Below are positions 19,863-30,118 of a stretch of DNA of 64,000 bases, one piece after another. The stretch spans positions 160,001 to 224,000 of the forward strand of contig JABCTZ010000032.1 in assembly GCA_018238155.1 (NCBI GenBank), in the 5' to 3' direction. Made by a program: the position numbers and the translations under genes. Below the pieces are notes generated by a model, which was not told the origin of the DNA, made no database searches, and was given only the letters and a program-made list of their open reading frames with translations. How positions within the stretch are numbered: the stretch's first letter is position 1; every line of letters begins with the position of its first letter. Source of the DNA: Candidatus Heimdallarchaeota archaeon (GTDB lineage Archaea; Asgardarchaeota; Heimdallarchaeia; JABLTI01).

Positions 19863-20136
19863 AAAGAGTGACTTTGGATAATTTCTTTCTCTATGCAATT
19901 TTTGTTTGAAAAAATTGTTCTTTTTGAGCACCTATAATTGCAATATTAAGTAAGATATGGTAAGACATATATTCTATATAATCTCGCAAGTCATTGGATA
20001 CAAAGAAATATTAGTAATTGTTGAAAGAGCTTTGATTAACATTCTATCCAAAAGATTTATAGAATGATATTGAAGCTCGGAGTTCAGTAAATACAAGAAG
20101 ATTTAGTCTCAATTGAAAAACTAGAGGTATTTGTAA

Positions 20137-20595
20137 TTGTCTCAAGAATTTAAAAATTTCCAGCATTTAGTGCGAATTTCCAGCACCGATATCAAAGGAG
20201 ATAAGCAAGTAGTAAATGGCTTAACCTATATTCGGGGTGTTGGTAGCAGATTAGCAGATGTTATCTTGAAAAAAGCAGAGATTCCACACGATGCGTTCAT
20301 AGGTATGCTCACTGATGAGCAAATTAAGAAACTTAATGAAATTATCGCTGATCCAATTAAATTTGGTATTCCATTTTGGTTTGTAAATCACGTTAAAGAT
20401 CGTGTAAGTGGTAAGAACATTCATCTAACTGGAAACGATTTAGCACTTTACGATAGAAATGATATTGATCGTTTGAAGAAATTAAGAACTTATCGTGGTG
20501 TCAAGCATCAAGCGGGCCACAAAGTAAGAGGACAAAGAACCAAGAGCACAGGAAGAGGTGGACGATCCTTAGGTTTTGCTCGAAAGAAATTATAA
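20137..20595 (+). CDS. rps13: 30S ribosomal protein uS13
   Basis: LTYIRGVG, YRGVKHQAGHKVRGQRTKSTGR; TTG start with GAGGT upstream. Confidence 0.98.
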   Translation: MSQEFKNFQHLVRISSTDIKGDKQVVNGLTYIRGVGSRLADVILKKAEIPHDAFIGMLTDEQIKKLNEIIADPIKFGIPFWFVNHVKDRVSGKNIHLTGNDLALYDRNDIDRLKKLRTYRGVKHQAGHKVRGQRTKSTGRGGRSLGFARKKL

Positions 20596-20606
20596 GGTGA
20601 AAAACG

Positions 20607-21404
20607 ATGGGTGATCCAAAAAGAATTAGAAAGAAATATAAAACTCCTCGCCAACCTTTCGAAAGACATCGTATTGATTCTGATTTAGCTCTCATTGGAA
20701 AATACGGTCTAAGAAATATGAAGGCCGTTTGGAAGTTGAATACGTTACTAGCTAATTTTAGAAGCAATGCAAGACGACTTTTAAGTCTCGATGTAGATGA
20801 TCGAAAAATTGGCGAACAAGAATTAATTGGTAGATTACAACGATTAGGTTTATTGGATGCAAAAGCTACCTTAGATAATGTCCTAAGTCTTAAGATTGAA
20901 TCTTTCCTTGAAAGAAGACTTCAAACAATGGTCTACAAAAGCGGTATGGCAACAACACCACATCATTCTAGACAAATGATTGTTCATGGTCATATTATAA
21001 TTGGTGATAAAATAGCAAAATCACCAAGCTATATTGTTCCTGCTGCAGAAGAGAAGCTTATTGTTTTTAACAAACATTCTCCTCTTGCAAAGGAAAGTCA
21101 CAAAGCTTTACCAAGTAATGTTTTCAAAAATAAGAAACCTCAAGCAGATAAGAAGGATTCTAGACGTGGTGACAGACGTGGCGGTAGACCAGGTGATAGA
21201 GGTGGACAAAGAAGACCTCAAAGAACTCCAGGTCCATCTGCTTCAAAAATAGTTGAAAAAGAAAAAGCAGATGTTGATGTAGTGAAAATTGCTATTGATG
21301 CACCTGAAGCAGCAATCCAAAAAGAGGCTAAAAAAGACACTAAAAAAGAGTCCAAAAAAGAACCTCAAAAAGATGCTAAAAAAGAAATCAAAAAAGACAA
21401 GTAG
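20607..21404 (+). CDS. rps4: 30S ribosomal protein uS4 with a ~90-aa low-complexity C-terminal extension
   Basis: MGDPKR, YGLRN, LERRLQT and RQMIVHGHI motifs. Confidence 0.98.
   Translation: MGDPKRIRKKYKTPRQPFERHRIDSDLALIGKYGLRNMKAVWKLNTLLANFRSNARRLLSLDVDDRKIGEQELIGRLQRLGLLDAKATLDNVLSLKIESFLERRLQTMVYKSGMATTPHHSRQMIVHGHIIIGDKIAKSPSYIVPAAEEKLIVFNKHSPLAKESHKALPSNVFKNKKPQADKKDSRRGDRRGGRPGDRGGQRRPQRTPGPSASKIVEKEKADVDVVKIAIDAPEAAIQKEAKKDTKKESKKEPQKDAKKEIKKDK
21318..21401 (+). repeat. Seven degenerate 12-bp tandem units encoding (K/Q)K(E/D)x in the uS4 tail
   Basis: caaaaagaggct aaaaaagacact aaaaaagagtcc aaaaaagaacct caaaaagatgct aaaaaagaaatc aaaaaagacaag, then the TAG stop. Confidence 0.85.
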
Positions 21405-21833
21405 GTGAATTATGTGAGTACTGCACAAGAACCCCCTAAAAAGAGAAGAGTTATCAGAACCGGAATAGTTCACATCTATTCTTCCTACAATGATACAATT
21501 ATCACTGTAACAGATATTACTGGAAGCGAGACAATCTCAAAGCGTTCTGGTGGTATGTATGTTAAAAGCGATAGATTTGAATCCTCTCCATATGCTGCAA
21601 TGAGAGCAGCTTATGATGCAGCAACAGCTGCAAAAGATAGAGGAATAACAAAAATTAATATCGCTGTACGAGCTCCAGGTGGAAATGGTCCTAGAACACC
21701 AGGTCCAGGAGCACAAGCGGCAATCAGAGCATTAGCAAGATCTGGTCTTAGAATCGGACGAATCGAGGAAGTTACTCCTATCGCCCATGACGGCACACGA
21801 AGAGCCGGTGGCAGAAGAGGTAGAAGAGTATAA
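21405..21833 (+). CDS. rps11: 30S ribosomal protein uS11 (start probably GTG at 21414)
   Basis: [21 protein letters not shown] and GGRRGRRV motifs. Confidence 0.98.
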   Translation: MNYVSTAQEPPKKRRVIRTGIVHIYSSYNDTIITVTDITGSETISKRSGGMYVKSDRFESSPYAAMRAAYDAATAAKDRGITKINIAVRAPGGNGPRTPGPGAQAAIRALARSGLRIGRIEEVTPIAHDGTRRAGGRRGRRV

Positions 21834-21854
21834 TCTATACGGAGCGAAAAAAAC

Positions 21855-22040
21855 ATGGGTCAAACCTATTACACAATGCCAACTTGTTCATGTTGCAACC
21901 GAAAAATCACTCCAGATGATATCGGCTCTGTCAAATTCAGATGCCCTGAATGTGGAGATGTAGTTCATATACGCTGTTCCTTCTGTAGAAAGAAAGAAAT
22001 CGGTTATACTTGTCCTTCTTGTAATTTTGTAGGACCATAA
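21855..22040 (+). CDS. HVO_2753/DUF1610-type double zinc-finger microprotein
   Basis: CSCC, F.CPECG, RCSFCR and Y.CPSCNFVGP pattern. Confidence 0.9.
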   Translation: MGQTYYTMPTCSCCNRKITPDDIGSVKFRCPECGDVVHIRCSFCRKKEIGYTCPSCNFVGP

Positions 22041-22054
22041 AAATAGATAAAAGT

Positions 22055-22074
22055 GAGAGTAAATATTTACTCTC
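22055..22074. terminator. Perfect 20-bp palindrome between convergent genes
   Basis: GAGAGTAAAT|ATTTACTCTC, followed by T-rich sequence. Confidence 0.55.
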
Positions 22075-22118
22075 TAAATATTTTCTTTTTAATAAAACCT
22101 TAATTCTAAAAATGAAAT

Positions 22119-23294
22119 TTAGAGCTGATTAAGACGATTGATCATTTCGTCAATTTGTTCAAGTGATATTGAACCAAAACTCGCTCTAATATAGCCTTCT
22201 CCAGAAGGACCAAATTCTGATCCAGGCACAAGTGCTACTTTTTGTTTTTCAAATATCAACTCACAAATATCCTTTGAATTTGTGAAATCTTTATGCTCTG
22301 TTACTTTAGGAAATGCATAGAAACTTCCTTCTGGAGTGCGACAAGTAAATCCGTCAATACTGTTGAATCCTGAAACAATTTTCTCCATTCGTTCTTTTAA
22401 GGTGTTTCTTAGATAGTTAGTAAATTCATCTCCTTCAGGAGCATTGATGAAATCTCCTAATGCACTTTGTTGTGCTGAGGGAGCATTAGCTACAACAAAA
22501 CTATGCATTTTAGCAATTGGGTCAACTAATTCCTTTGGACCTGCAATGTAGCCTATTCGCCATCCAGGAACACAATAAGTTTTTGAAAAGCTATTAAGAA
22601 GAACGGTTCGTTCATAAGCACCTTTTATTTTTGGAACGCGAATATGTGTTTGATCAGTAAAAATGCATCTTTCATATACTTCGTCAGATAAAATAACTAA
22701 GTTATTATCAATTGCTAAATCGATAATGGGCTTTAATTCTGATTCAGTCATTAACTCTCCTGTAGGATTAGATGGGAAATTTAGGATAATAGCCTTCGTT
22801 TTTTCAGTGATATATTGATCTAAATTGGAAGTATCAATTTTCAGATCATCTGTAGGTTTTAACCAAACAGGTTTTCCTCCTGCAAGAATAACTTGCCTTG
22901 GATAGGTTAGAAAAGAGGGATCAGGTATTAATACCTCATCTCCTGGTCCAATATAAGCCATAAGTGAAGAAAAAATTGCTTCACAACCACTTGCAGTTGC
23001 AAGAATGTCTGTTTCCGGATTATAATCCAAATTGTACCATCGCTTATTCTGTTCGGCGATAGCTTCTCGATATTTGGTAGTTCCTCGAGTTGGAGAGTAA
23101 TAATTATCTCCACCTTCAACAGCTTTTACAAGTGCTTGTATCAAACCATTCGGTGTAGGAATATTTGGTTGACCAATTCCAAGAGAGATAACACCAGGAA
23201 TGCCTTGTGCTCTTGCGAACATTGCTCGAATACCAGAAGGCTTAATTTCATTTAAACGATTAGCTACTTTCATTTTAGTCATTATGAAACCCAC
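22119..23294 (-). CDS. Class I/II PLP-dependent aminotransferase (AspC-like)
   Basis: NFPSNPTG, SDEVY and NSFSKTYCVPGWRIG motifs. Confidence 0.95.
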   Translation of the reverse strand: MGFIMTKMKVANRLNEIKPSGIRAMFARAQGIPGVISLGIGQPNIPTPNGLIQALVKAVEGGDNYYSPTRGTTKYREAIAEQNKRWYNLDYNPETDILATASGCEAIFSSLMAYIGPGDEVLIPDPSFLTYPRQVILAGGKPVWLKPTDDLKIDTSNLDQYITEKTKAIILNFPSNPTGELMTESELKPIIDLAIDNNLVILSDEVYERCIFTDQTHIRVPKIKGAYERTVLLNSFSKTYCVPGWRIGYIAGPKELVDPIAKMHSFVVANAPSAQQSALGDFINAPEGDEFTNYLRNTLKERMEKIVSGFNSIDGFTCRTPEGSFYAFPKVTEHKDFTNSKDICELIFEKQKVALVPGSEFGPSGEGYIRASFGSISLEQIDEMINRLNQL

Positions 23295-23463
23295 AATTAA
23301 ACATCATTAAAAACGAATATTGATTAATAGTATTATTGATTAGTTTTGATGGAATAAAAAGCATTCGACGAGCAAAAACCAAATATAGTCTTTACAATTA
23401 ATTTAAATAAATCTCTAGTTTAGACGAAATATTACATACATATTGACTCGAGGTAAATAAAAA

Positions 23464-24396
23464 ATGAAAATTTTCTCATTTAAAACAAAAGATGGAGTTC
23501 CTCGGTTAGGAACTTTTTGGCATGACAATGAAGTAATTGATATTCTCGAAGCTGATGAAAAACTACCAAAACCTAAATTTGAAAAAGTTAGAGAGATGAA
23601 AGACTTGATCGAATTAGGAGAAAGTGGATTAAAAGATCTTCAAGAATTCATTACTGAACTTAAAGATATTAGCGAGAAAGAAAATGAAATATTTCAAAAA
23701 ATAAAAAGCAATTCATTTTATCCTCTTGCAGAAATTGAATTCCTTCCACCATTAAGAAATCCACAAAAGATAATTTGTTTAGGAAGAAATTTTGCTGAAC
23801 ATGCAAAAGAAGGTGGAAAAGAACCACCAAAAAATCCAATGATCTGGGGAAAGTTTAATTCAGCAATAATTGCCCATCAAGAAAATATTGTTTTACCAAA
23901 GATTTCGAAAACAGTAGACGTAGAGATAGAACTTGTTGCAGTTCTGTCAAAGAAAGGAAAACACATTCCAGAAGAAGAAGCATTAAATTACGTTTTCGGT
24001 TATACAATTGGTAATGATGTTAGTGCAAGAGATTTTCAATATACAGATAAACAATTTACACGTTCAAAAACAATGGATACATTCGCTCCACTCGGTCCAT
24101 GGATAGTTACTCGAGATGAATTACCAGACCCACAAGACCTTGAAATGGAATTAACAGTTAACGGCAAAACATGGCAAAAATCAAATACCAAAAACATGAT
24201 ATTTACAGTGGCTTATATTATCTATTACCTATCAAAATCATTTACATTTGAGCCCGGAGATTTAATCTTTACCGGTACACCTTCAGGTGTTGGTCATTAT
24301 CAAAAACCACCTTCGTATCTAAAAGAAGGAGATATTGTGAAATTGACTATAGAAAATGTTGGGACACTTGAAAACCCTGTAATAAAAGAGAACTAA
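23464..24396 (+). CDS. Fumarylacetoacetate hydrolase family protein
   Basis: KIICLGRNFAEHAKE, DVEIEL, GNDVSARD and GDLIFTGTPSGVG motifs. Confidence 0.95.
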   Translation: MKIFSFKTKDGVPRLGTFWHDNEVIDILEADEKLPKPKFEKVREMKDLIELGESGLKDLQEFITELKDISEKENEIFQKIKSNSFYPLAEIEFLPPLRNPQKIICLGRNFAEHAKEGGKEPPKNPMIWGKFNSAIIAHQENIVLPKISKTVDVEIELVAVLSKKGKHIPEEEALNYVFGYTIGNDVSARDFQYTDKQFTRSKTMDTFAPLGPWIVTRDELPDPQDLEMELTVNGKTWQKSNTKNMIFTVAYIIYYLSKSFTFEPGDLIFTGTPSGVGHYQKPPSYLKEGDIVKLTIENVGTLENPVIKEN

Positions 24397-24432
24397 GACA
24401 AAATCAACCAAAGTTAAAAGGAGAAAGAGTAA

Positions 24433-25389
24433 ATGCCTAGACGACCTGATGCTGAACTAGTTAAAACATCCAAGTTCAATGAATTGATGTTTCATTTTAT
24501 GTTAAAAAGAAATGAGAGTGCTATTTATTTCGATATCCAAGTGGACCTTACTCACACGTTTGAATATCTTGAAGACTTCAATAGAGGTCGTGATGAAAAG
24601 GATAAACTGACCTTATTTCAAATATTCCTTACAGCAGGAGCAAGGACTGTTGCTTTGAGACCAAAAGTGAACAGATTTGTTTCAGGACGTCGCTTATGGC
24701 AAAGAAATAAAATAATCTTTGGTTTCGTCGTAAAGAAAGAGAAAACAGATGAAGGTGAAGAAGTAAATGCAATGATTGAGTTTGATCCATATGACACTCT
24801 TGATATTGTGCAGAAGAGAGTTTCTGCAGTTATCCATGAAGCTCGATATGGTGAGAATCAAAATGAACAGGATGTCAAGTTCATTGGTGCTTTGCCAAGA
24901 TGGATGATGAATCTCTTATTTAAGTATATAATGTGGAGTGATCAAAAAAACTTCGCCCCTTATTCAGTAATAAAGACTACACCAATGTGGGTTACAGTAT
25001 TTATTGCTCATTTAGGTTCTATAAATATGGATGCAGCATACCATCATCTCTTTGAAATAGGAAACGCTGGTTTATTTATCACAATCGGAAAAATTCACAA
25101 AGCTGCTGTTGTAAATCAAAAAACAGAGGAAATTGAAGTCAAAAAAGTAATGAATTGTCGAATTAGTATAGATGATCGCATTGCTGATGGAGCTTATACA
25201 GGTCCTGCTGTTTACATGTTAAGAGATTTAATCGAAAAGCCAGAATTGTTAGTTAATCCTCCTAAGCTCACTCACGAACAATTAGATAAACTGATGCTGA
25301 AAAAATATAAGAAAGAACGATTAGAACGAGAAAAAGCAAGGAAAAAACAGCAAAAAAAGAAAATTAAGAGAAAATCATCTGAACTTTAA
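24433..25389 (+). CDS. Stand-alone 2-oxoacid dehydrogenase E2-like acyltransferase catalytic domain, copy 1
   Basis: RPKVNRF, FIAHLGSI and IDDRIADG (canonical DHR..DG); no lipoyl domain. Confidence 0.8.
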   Translation: MPRRPDAELVKTSKFNELMFHFMLKRNESAIYFDIQVDLTHTFEYLEDFNRGRDEKDKLTLFQIFLTAGARTVALRPKVNRFVSGRRLWQRNKIIFGFVVKKEKTDEGEEVNAMIEFDPYDTLDIVQKRVSAVIHEARYGENQNEQDVKFIGALPRWMMNLLFKYIMWSDQKNFAPYSVIKTTPMWVTVFIAHLGSINMDAAYHHLFEIGNAGLFITIGKIHKAAVVNQKTEEIEVKKVMNCRISIDDRIADGAYTGPAVYMLRDLIEKPELLVNPPKLTHEQLDKLMLKKYKKERLEREKARKKQQKKKIKRKSSEL

Positions 25390-25403
25390 AGGAGTAAGAA
25401 GTT

Positions 25404-26348
25404 ATGCCTAGACGACCTGATGCTGAACTAGTTAAAACATCCAAGTTCAATGAATTGATGTTTCATTTCATGTTAAAAAGGAATGAGAGTACTATTTTTT
25501 TTGATATTCAAGTAGACCTCACTCGCACGTTTGAATTTCTCGAAGATTATAATAAAAATCGCGATGAAAAAGCTAAACTAACCTTATTTCAAATATTGCT
25601 TACTGCTGGAGCAAGAACTGTTGCTTTGAGACCAAAAATAAACAGGTTTGTTTCAGGACGTCGTTTATGGCAAAGAAATCATATTGTTTTTTCATTTGTA
25701 GTAAAGAAAGAGAAAACTGATGAAGGTGAAGAAGTAAATGCAATGGTCGAATTTGATCCATATGATACTCTTGATATTGTGCAGAAGAGAGTTTCTGCAG
25801 CTATCCATGAAGCTCGATTTGACAAAAACCAAAATGAAAAGGATGTTAAGTTCTTTGGTGCTATGCCAAGGTGGATTATAAATCTCATTTTTAAGTATAT
25901 TATGTGGAGTGATCAAAGAAATTTTCCCCTACACCCAATAACAAAAGGTACGCCAATGTGGGCTACAGTATTTATTGCTCATTTAGGGTCCATAAAAATG
26001 GATGCAGCATATCATCATCTCTATGAAGCAGGAAATGCAGGTATATTTCTCACAATTGGCAGAATTCACAAAGCAGCTGTGGTAAATCAAGAAACAGAAG
26101 AAATTAAAGTCAAAAAAGTAATGAATTGTCGAATTGCTATAGATGATCGTATTGCTGATGGTGCTTATACGGGACCTGCTGTTTACATGTTAAAGGATTT
26201 AATTGAAAATCCAGACTCTCTGGTGGATCCACCTGAGCTAACGCACGAACAACTAGACAAATTGATGCTGAAAAAATACAAAAAAGGACGATTAGAACGT
26301 GAAAAAGTAAGGAAGAAACAACATAAACAACAAAAGAAGAATAAATAA
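25404..26348 (+). CDS. Stand-alone E2-like acyltransferase catalytic domain, copy 2 (tandem paralogue)
   Basis: About 50 substitutions versus copy 1 by manual alignment (roughly 80-85% identity); same IDDRIADG motif. Confidence 0.8.
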   Translation: MPRRPDAELVKTSKFNELMFHFMLKRNESTIFFDIQVDLTRTFEFLEDYNKNRDEKAKLTLFQILLTAGARTVALRPKINRFVSGRRLWQRNHIVFSFVVKKEKTDEGEEVNAMVEFDPYDTLDIVQKRVSAAIHEARFDKNQNEKDVKFFGAMPRWIINLIFKYIMWSDQRNFPLHPITKGTPMWATVFIAHLGSIKMDAAYHHLYEAGNAGIFLTIGRIHKAAVVNQETEEIKVKKVMNCRIAIDDRIADGAYTGPAVYMLKDLIENPDSLVDPPELTHEQLDKLMLKKYKKGRLEREKVRKKQHKQQKKNK

Positions 26349-26372
26349 ATGGGTATAAAACAGACCCATTTT

Positions 26373-27968
26373 TCACCAACCAATTGCACAGCCATCTCTT
26401 CTTGGGTCTGACCCTCCAAAGAGAACATTATTTTCATTGTCAATTGCAATTGCTTGAGCACCACCAAAGAACTGTCCTGGTTCAGCTTTTAATTGATGTC
26501 CTTTCATCAATAATTTACCTCGGGCGGTAATATCTATCCCATATTCAAGAGCAACAGAATTATCATCAAAGTGGACAAATCGTGGTGCTTCAATAGCTTG
26601 TTGGACATTCATGCCAAATTCAACCATATTAAGGAAAATTTGCATTTGTCCTTGAGGTTGGACATCACCACCCATACAACCAAAATTCAGCACAGGTAAT
26701 TCGTTTTTTGTAACCATTCCCGGAATAATTGTATTGAAGGGTCGTTTACGAGGTTCGTAAACATTGAGGTGGTTTTCTTCTAGGGAATATAAACTTCCAC
26801 GGTTTTGTAAACAAATGCCAGTTCCTTCTGCAACTAATCCAGAACCGAATCCATTGAATAAACTATTAATAAAAGAGACAACATTTCTATCCTTATCAAC
26901 AACGCTCAAGTAAACAGTATCACCAGAAGACCAATCTAAACCAGGAGTAACATTATTAGCTGCTTTATTTAAATCAATTCTAGCACGTTGTTTCTGGGAA
27001 TATTCCTCGGATAATAATTCTTCAATAGGTAGTTTGTTGAAACTTGGGTCGGAAGCAAAAGTCCTAAGGTCTGCCCAAGCAAGCTTCTTAGCTTCAATAA
27101 GTAAATGCAAATATTGAGCGGAGTTATGAACCATTGAATCTAGCTCAAAACCTTTGATAATATTGAGTTCTAAGAGAGTTGCGATACCTTGTCCATTTGG
27201 TGGATGTTGGAAAACTTCATAATCTTTGTATTTTGAGCTAATAGGATCTACCCATTCTGCTTCAAATGCCGCGAAATCATCCAAGGTAAAGAAGCCATCG
27301 TTATTTGATGTAAAATCAACTATTTTTTTAGCAATTCCACCTTGATAAAATTCTTCTGCGCCACCTTTAGCAATTGCTTTGAAAGATTTCGCAATAGCTT
27401 TTGAATAGAAAACTTCACCAACTCTTGGAGCCCTTCCATTAGGAAGGTAATTCTTTGCTGTTGCTGGATGGTTATTTAATTTCTCTTCGGCGCGATGCCA
27501 AGAGTATCCTACAAGTTCACTTACTGGAAATCCATTTTCAGCATAATAAATAGCCGGTTTGAGAACCTCTTTGAAAGACATAGTACCAAATTTTTCAAGC
27601 GCTTTACTGAAACCGCTAATTGCACCTGGAACACTAACAGAATAAATACCAGTGGTTGGTATTTTGTCAAAACCTTTTTCTTTGAAGTGATCCAAAGTGA
27701 GATTTTTAGGTGACCAACCACTCCCATTTAGGGCATGAATTTTATCATCTTGTTTACTGTGAATAAGAGCAAACATATCTCCACCAATGCCACAGCTCAT
27801 GGGTTCTACAACATTCAAAGTAGTAGCAACTGCGACAGCTGCATCAATAGCATTTCCACCCTTCTTTAAAATATCAATACCAGCTTGAACAGCTAATGGT
27901 TGACTAGATGAAACCATGCCATTTTGACTAATGATCATTGATCGATGTGAGCCACGAATTTCAAACAT
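26373..27968 (-). CDS. ggt: Gamma-glutamyltransferase family (Ntn hydrolase)
   Basis: GGNAIDAAVA, VVEPMSCGIGGD, GDTVYLSVVD (autocleavage Thr), LQNRG and GGSDPRRDG motifs. Confidence 0.95.
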   Translation of the reverse strand: MFEIRGSHRSMIISQNGMVSSSQPLAVQAGIDILKKGGNAIDAAVAVATTLNVVEPMSCGIGGDMFALIHSKQDDKIHALNGSGWSPKNLTLDHFKEKGFDKIPTTGIYSVSVPGAISGFSKALEKFGTMSFKEVLKPAIYYAENGFPVSELVGYSWHRAEEKLNNHPATAKNYLPNGRAPRVGEVFYSKAIAKSFKAIAKGGAEEFYQGGIAKKIVDFTSNNDGFFTLDDFAAFEAEWVDPISSKYKDYEVFQHPPNGQGIATLLELNIIKGFELDSMVHNSAQYLHLLIEAKKLAWADLRTFASDPSFNKLPIEELLSEEYSQKQRARIDLNKAANNVTPGLDWSSGDTVYLSVVDKDRNVVSFINSLFNGFGSGLVAEGTGICLQNRGSLYSLEENHLNVYEPRKRPFNTIIPGMVTKNELPVLNFGCMGGDVQPQGQMQIFLNMVEFGMNVQQAIEAPRFVHFDDNSVALEYGIDITARGKLLMKGHQLKAEPGQFFGGAQAIAIDNENNVLFGGSDPRRDGCAIGW

Positions 27969-28232
27969 TTTGATTACCCTATTTTTCTTCGTCGTTTAAT
28001 TTTTATAGATATTGGTTAAATTAAATATCATAATACTCGGTTTAGAGGTAGTTTTTATTCATATCTAATTCTGAGAAAAAAAACTGTTTCTGATAGTCTA
28101 GTTTCTTTGAGTAAATCAGTTAAGTAATGAAATTGCATCATATACAAAGAAGAAAAATCAGTATGGATTTAATAAAAAACCATTTTTGCCAATTTAAAAA
28201 AAAGAAAAAAGGAATTGATTAAATCCTTATTC

Positions 28233-29522
28233 TTATGGGAGATGAATTCGAAGTCTTAAAGGAGCATGATTTTTAGGTTCCATACTTCCTAACATCAATC
28301 CAACAACCGTACAAAATAGATCAAATACACCTGGAACTTCAGGTCCATATAATGCGGAGATGAAATTATTATAAATATTGTCAAGTATACTGGACATCAT
28401 ATTGGCAGTTGCATCTTCATATGCAACACAGTATGCATTGCCTGTCATGAATTCAGGTTGATAAAAAATATGGGTGTTTTTACAAGATCTACAAATAGTA
28501 AAAAATTCCAATTTGAAATCGGAATCCCATATCTTCACCTGACATTTAATCTCAACAATTTTTCCATTAAAATCAAATTGATCGTCTTCGTAAGCGATAT
28601 TTGAGTTTGAGTAAGTAAGTATTTTATCAATGTCATCTGGATCGATGTTTTGTGCATGTCCATTCTGATCGATTATCTTGATACTGAATGTACCAGCTTG
28701 TTTTTGCCATCCTGTAGAGTCTTTTAGTGAAAGATCGCCGCTACCTGAACTAAAGGTTATATGAATATCTGCTATAGCAAATGAATGATATAACCTCAAA
28801 TTAACTTTGATACTACTCCCATCATTTTCTGTTGGAGATACAAAATCGATTGCTCCCGCAGCTATCTCAACTATTGGTATATGAAGACTTACGTCAACTC
28901 GTTTATAACCGCTAGAATAAACACTTCTAATTTCAGAAACATGGTAAGCTTTTGAAATTTTCAGAGTATAGGTTTTATAATCATACGTTTTTAGATAGAA
29001 TGAATAATAACCTATTGAATTTGTAGAAACTGTTTTTGAGTAACTACCTGTTGGTGATCTCAATTTTACTGTTGCACCGCTGATTTTTGCACCAGTTTCA
29101 GTTTCCTTAATATACCCATAACATTTGAAAACATGTTTACTAACAGCAGTTGCTAAAGAAGCATCTTTTCTATATCTACCTGGAGATGAAAATGACCATG
29201 AAAAAGTTTTATAACTATTCTTTGAAATGGTTAATTTAAAGTTTAAATAAAACTCAACGGTAATCCTAACTGAATAGTAACCTGTTGAACTTGAATAGAC
29301 AGTTTTTGAAATACCCATTTCATTTTCCCTTAAAACAATTTTTGCCCCCGAAATGGCTAAACCAGTACTTGCACTTCTCACATAGCCATAACAAGTAACT
29401 GTTGTACTGCCACTTCCTCCTGGTGGAGGAATTGCTTTAGTATCCATAATACTAACAAATGTAGACACAGCTAAAATTGCTAGAATTAATCCCATAATTT
29501 TGATTTTTGTTGATTTTTTCAT
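28233..29522 (-). CDS. Secreted protein with two carboxypeptidase-regulatory-like beta-sandwich repeats and an unknown C-terminal domain
   Basis: Signal peptide, PPPGGSGS linker, two CYGY...TG..ISGA...GYYS...TISK repeats. Confidence 0.75.
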   Translation of the reverse strand: MKKSTKIKIMGLILAILAVSTFVSIMDTKAIPPPGGSGSTTVTCYGYVRSASTGLAISGAKIVLRENEMGISKTVYSSSTGYYSVRITVEFYLNFKLTISKNSYKTFSWSFSSPGRYRKDASLATAVSKHVFKCYGYIKETETGAKISGATVKLRSPTGSYSKTVSTNSIGYYSFYLKTYDYKTYTLKISKAYHVSEIRSVYSSGYKRVDVSLHIPIVEIAAGAIDFVSPTENDGSSIKVNLRLYHSFAIADIHITFSSGSGDLSLKDSTGWQKQAGTFSIKIIDQNGHAQNIDPDDIDKILTYSNSNIAYEDDQFDFNGKIVEIKCQVKIWDSDFKLEFFTICRSCKNTHIFYQPEFMTGNAYCVAYEDATANMMSSILDNIYNNFISALYGPEVPGVFDLFCTVVGLMLGSMEPKNHAPLRLRIHLP

Positions 29523-29711
29523 TTTACCACTTCTATAAGTTCTATATAATACTTAATAATAAAGTATATAAATATTATTAAATTATCTTTTTTATTATAT
29601 TTTCTAATCGTCAAAGAAATATTCATCTATAGGTAGAGTTAGAGATACCTCAAGAATTTTTATGATAGCAAAAACTCTTTAGCAGTTTGAGAATGTAAAT
29701 AAGTCATTGAC

Positions 29712-30104
29712 TTGGATTTGAAAATCATGATACTTGGAATAGACGTAGTTTTTATACATAGCAAGAATCCAGAATTGATGGCAGATTGGTATCAAGAGAA
29801 ACTAGGATTAGAGATAGAAAATACAACCTCTGATTTAAGTTGGCAAGAATTTGCTTTATCTGAAAAGCGATTTCCAACAAGATTTGCATTAGATTATGGT
29901 GGATCAAATCCTTCGTTAGTTGAACAACAACCAATTATTATATCATTCAAAGTTGCTGATATTCACAAAGCAGTAAATGAATTAGAGAAACGAGGAGTTT
30001 TTTTTCCTGGTTCTCAGAAAGTATTTGATGTAGGACCAACTTTGGTTGCAACCTTTAAGGATCCAGAAGGTAACTATTTGCAAATATCTCAAAGAAAAGA
30101 ATAA
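29712..30104 (+). CDS. VOC/glyoxalase family protein
   Basis: WYQEKLGL, ISFKVADI and FKDPEGNYLQI motifs. Confidence 0.92.
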   Translation: MDLKIMILGIDVVFIHSKNPELMADWYQEKLGLEIENTTSDLSWQEFALSEKRFPTRFALDYGGSNPSLVEQQPIIISFKVADIHKAVNELEKRGVFFPGSQKVFDVGPTLVATFKDPEGNYLQISQRKE

Positions 30105-30118
30105 AAATAAGAGAGTGA

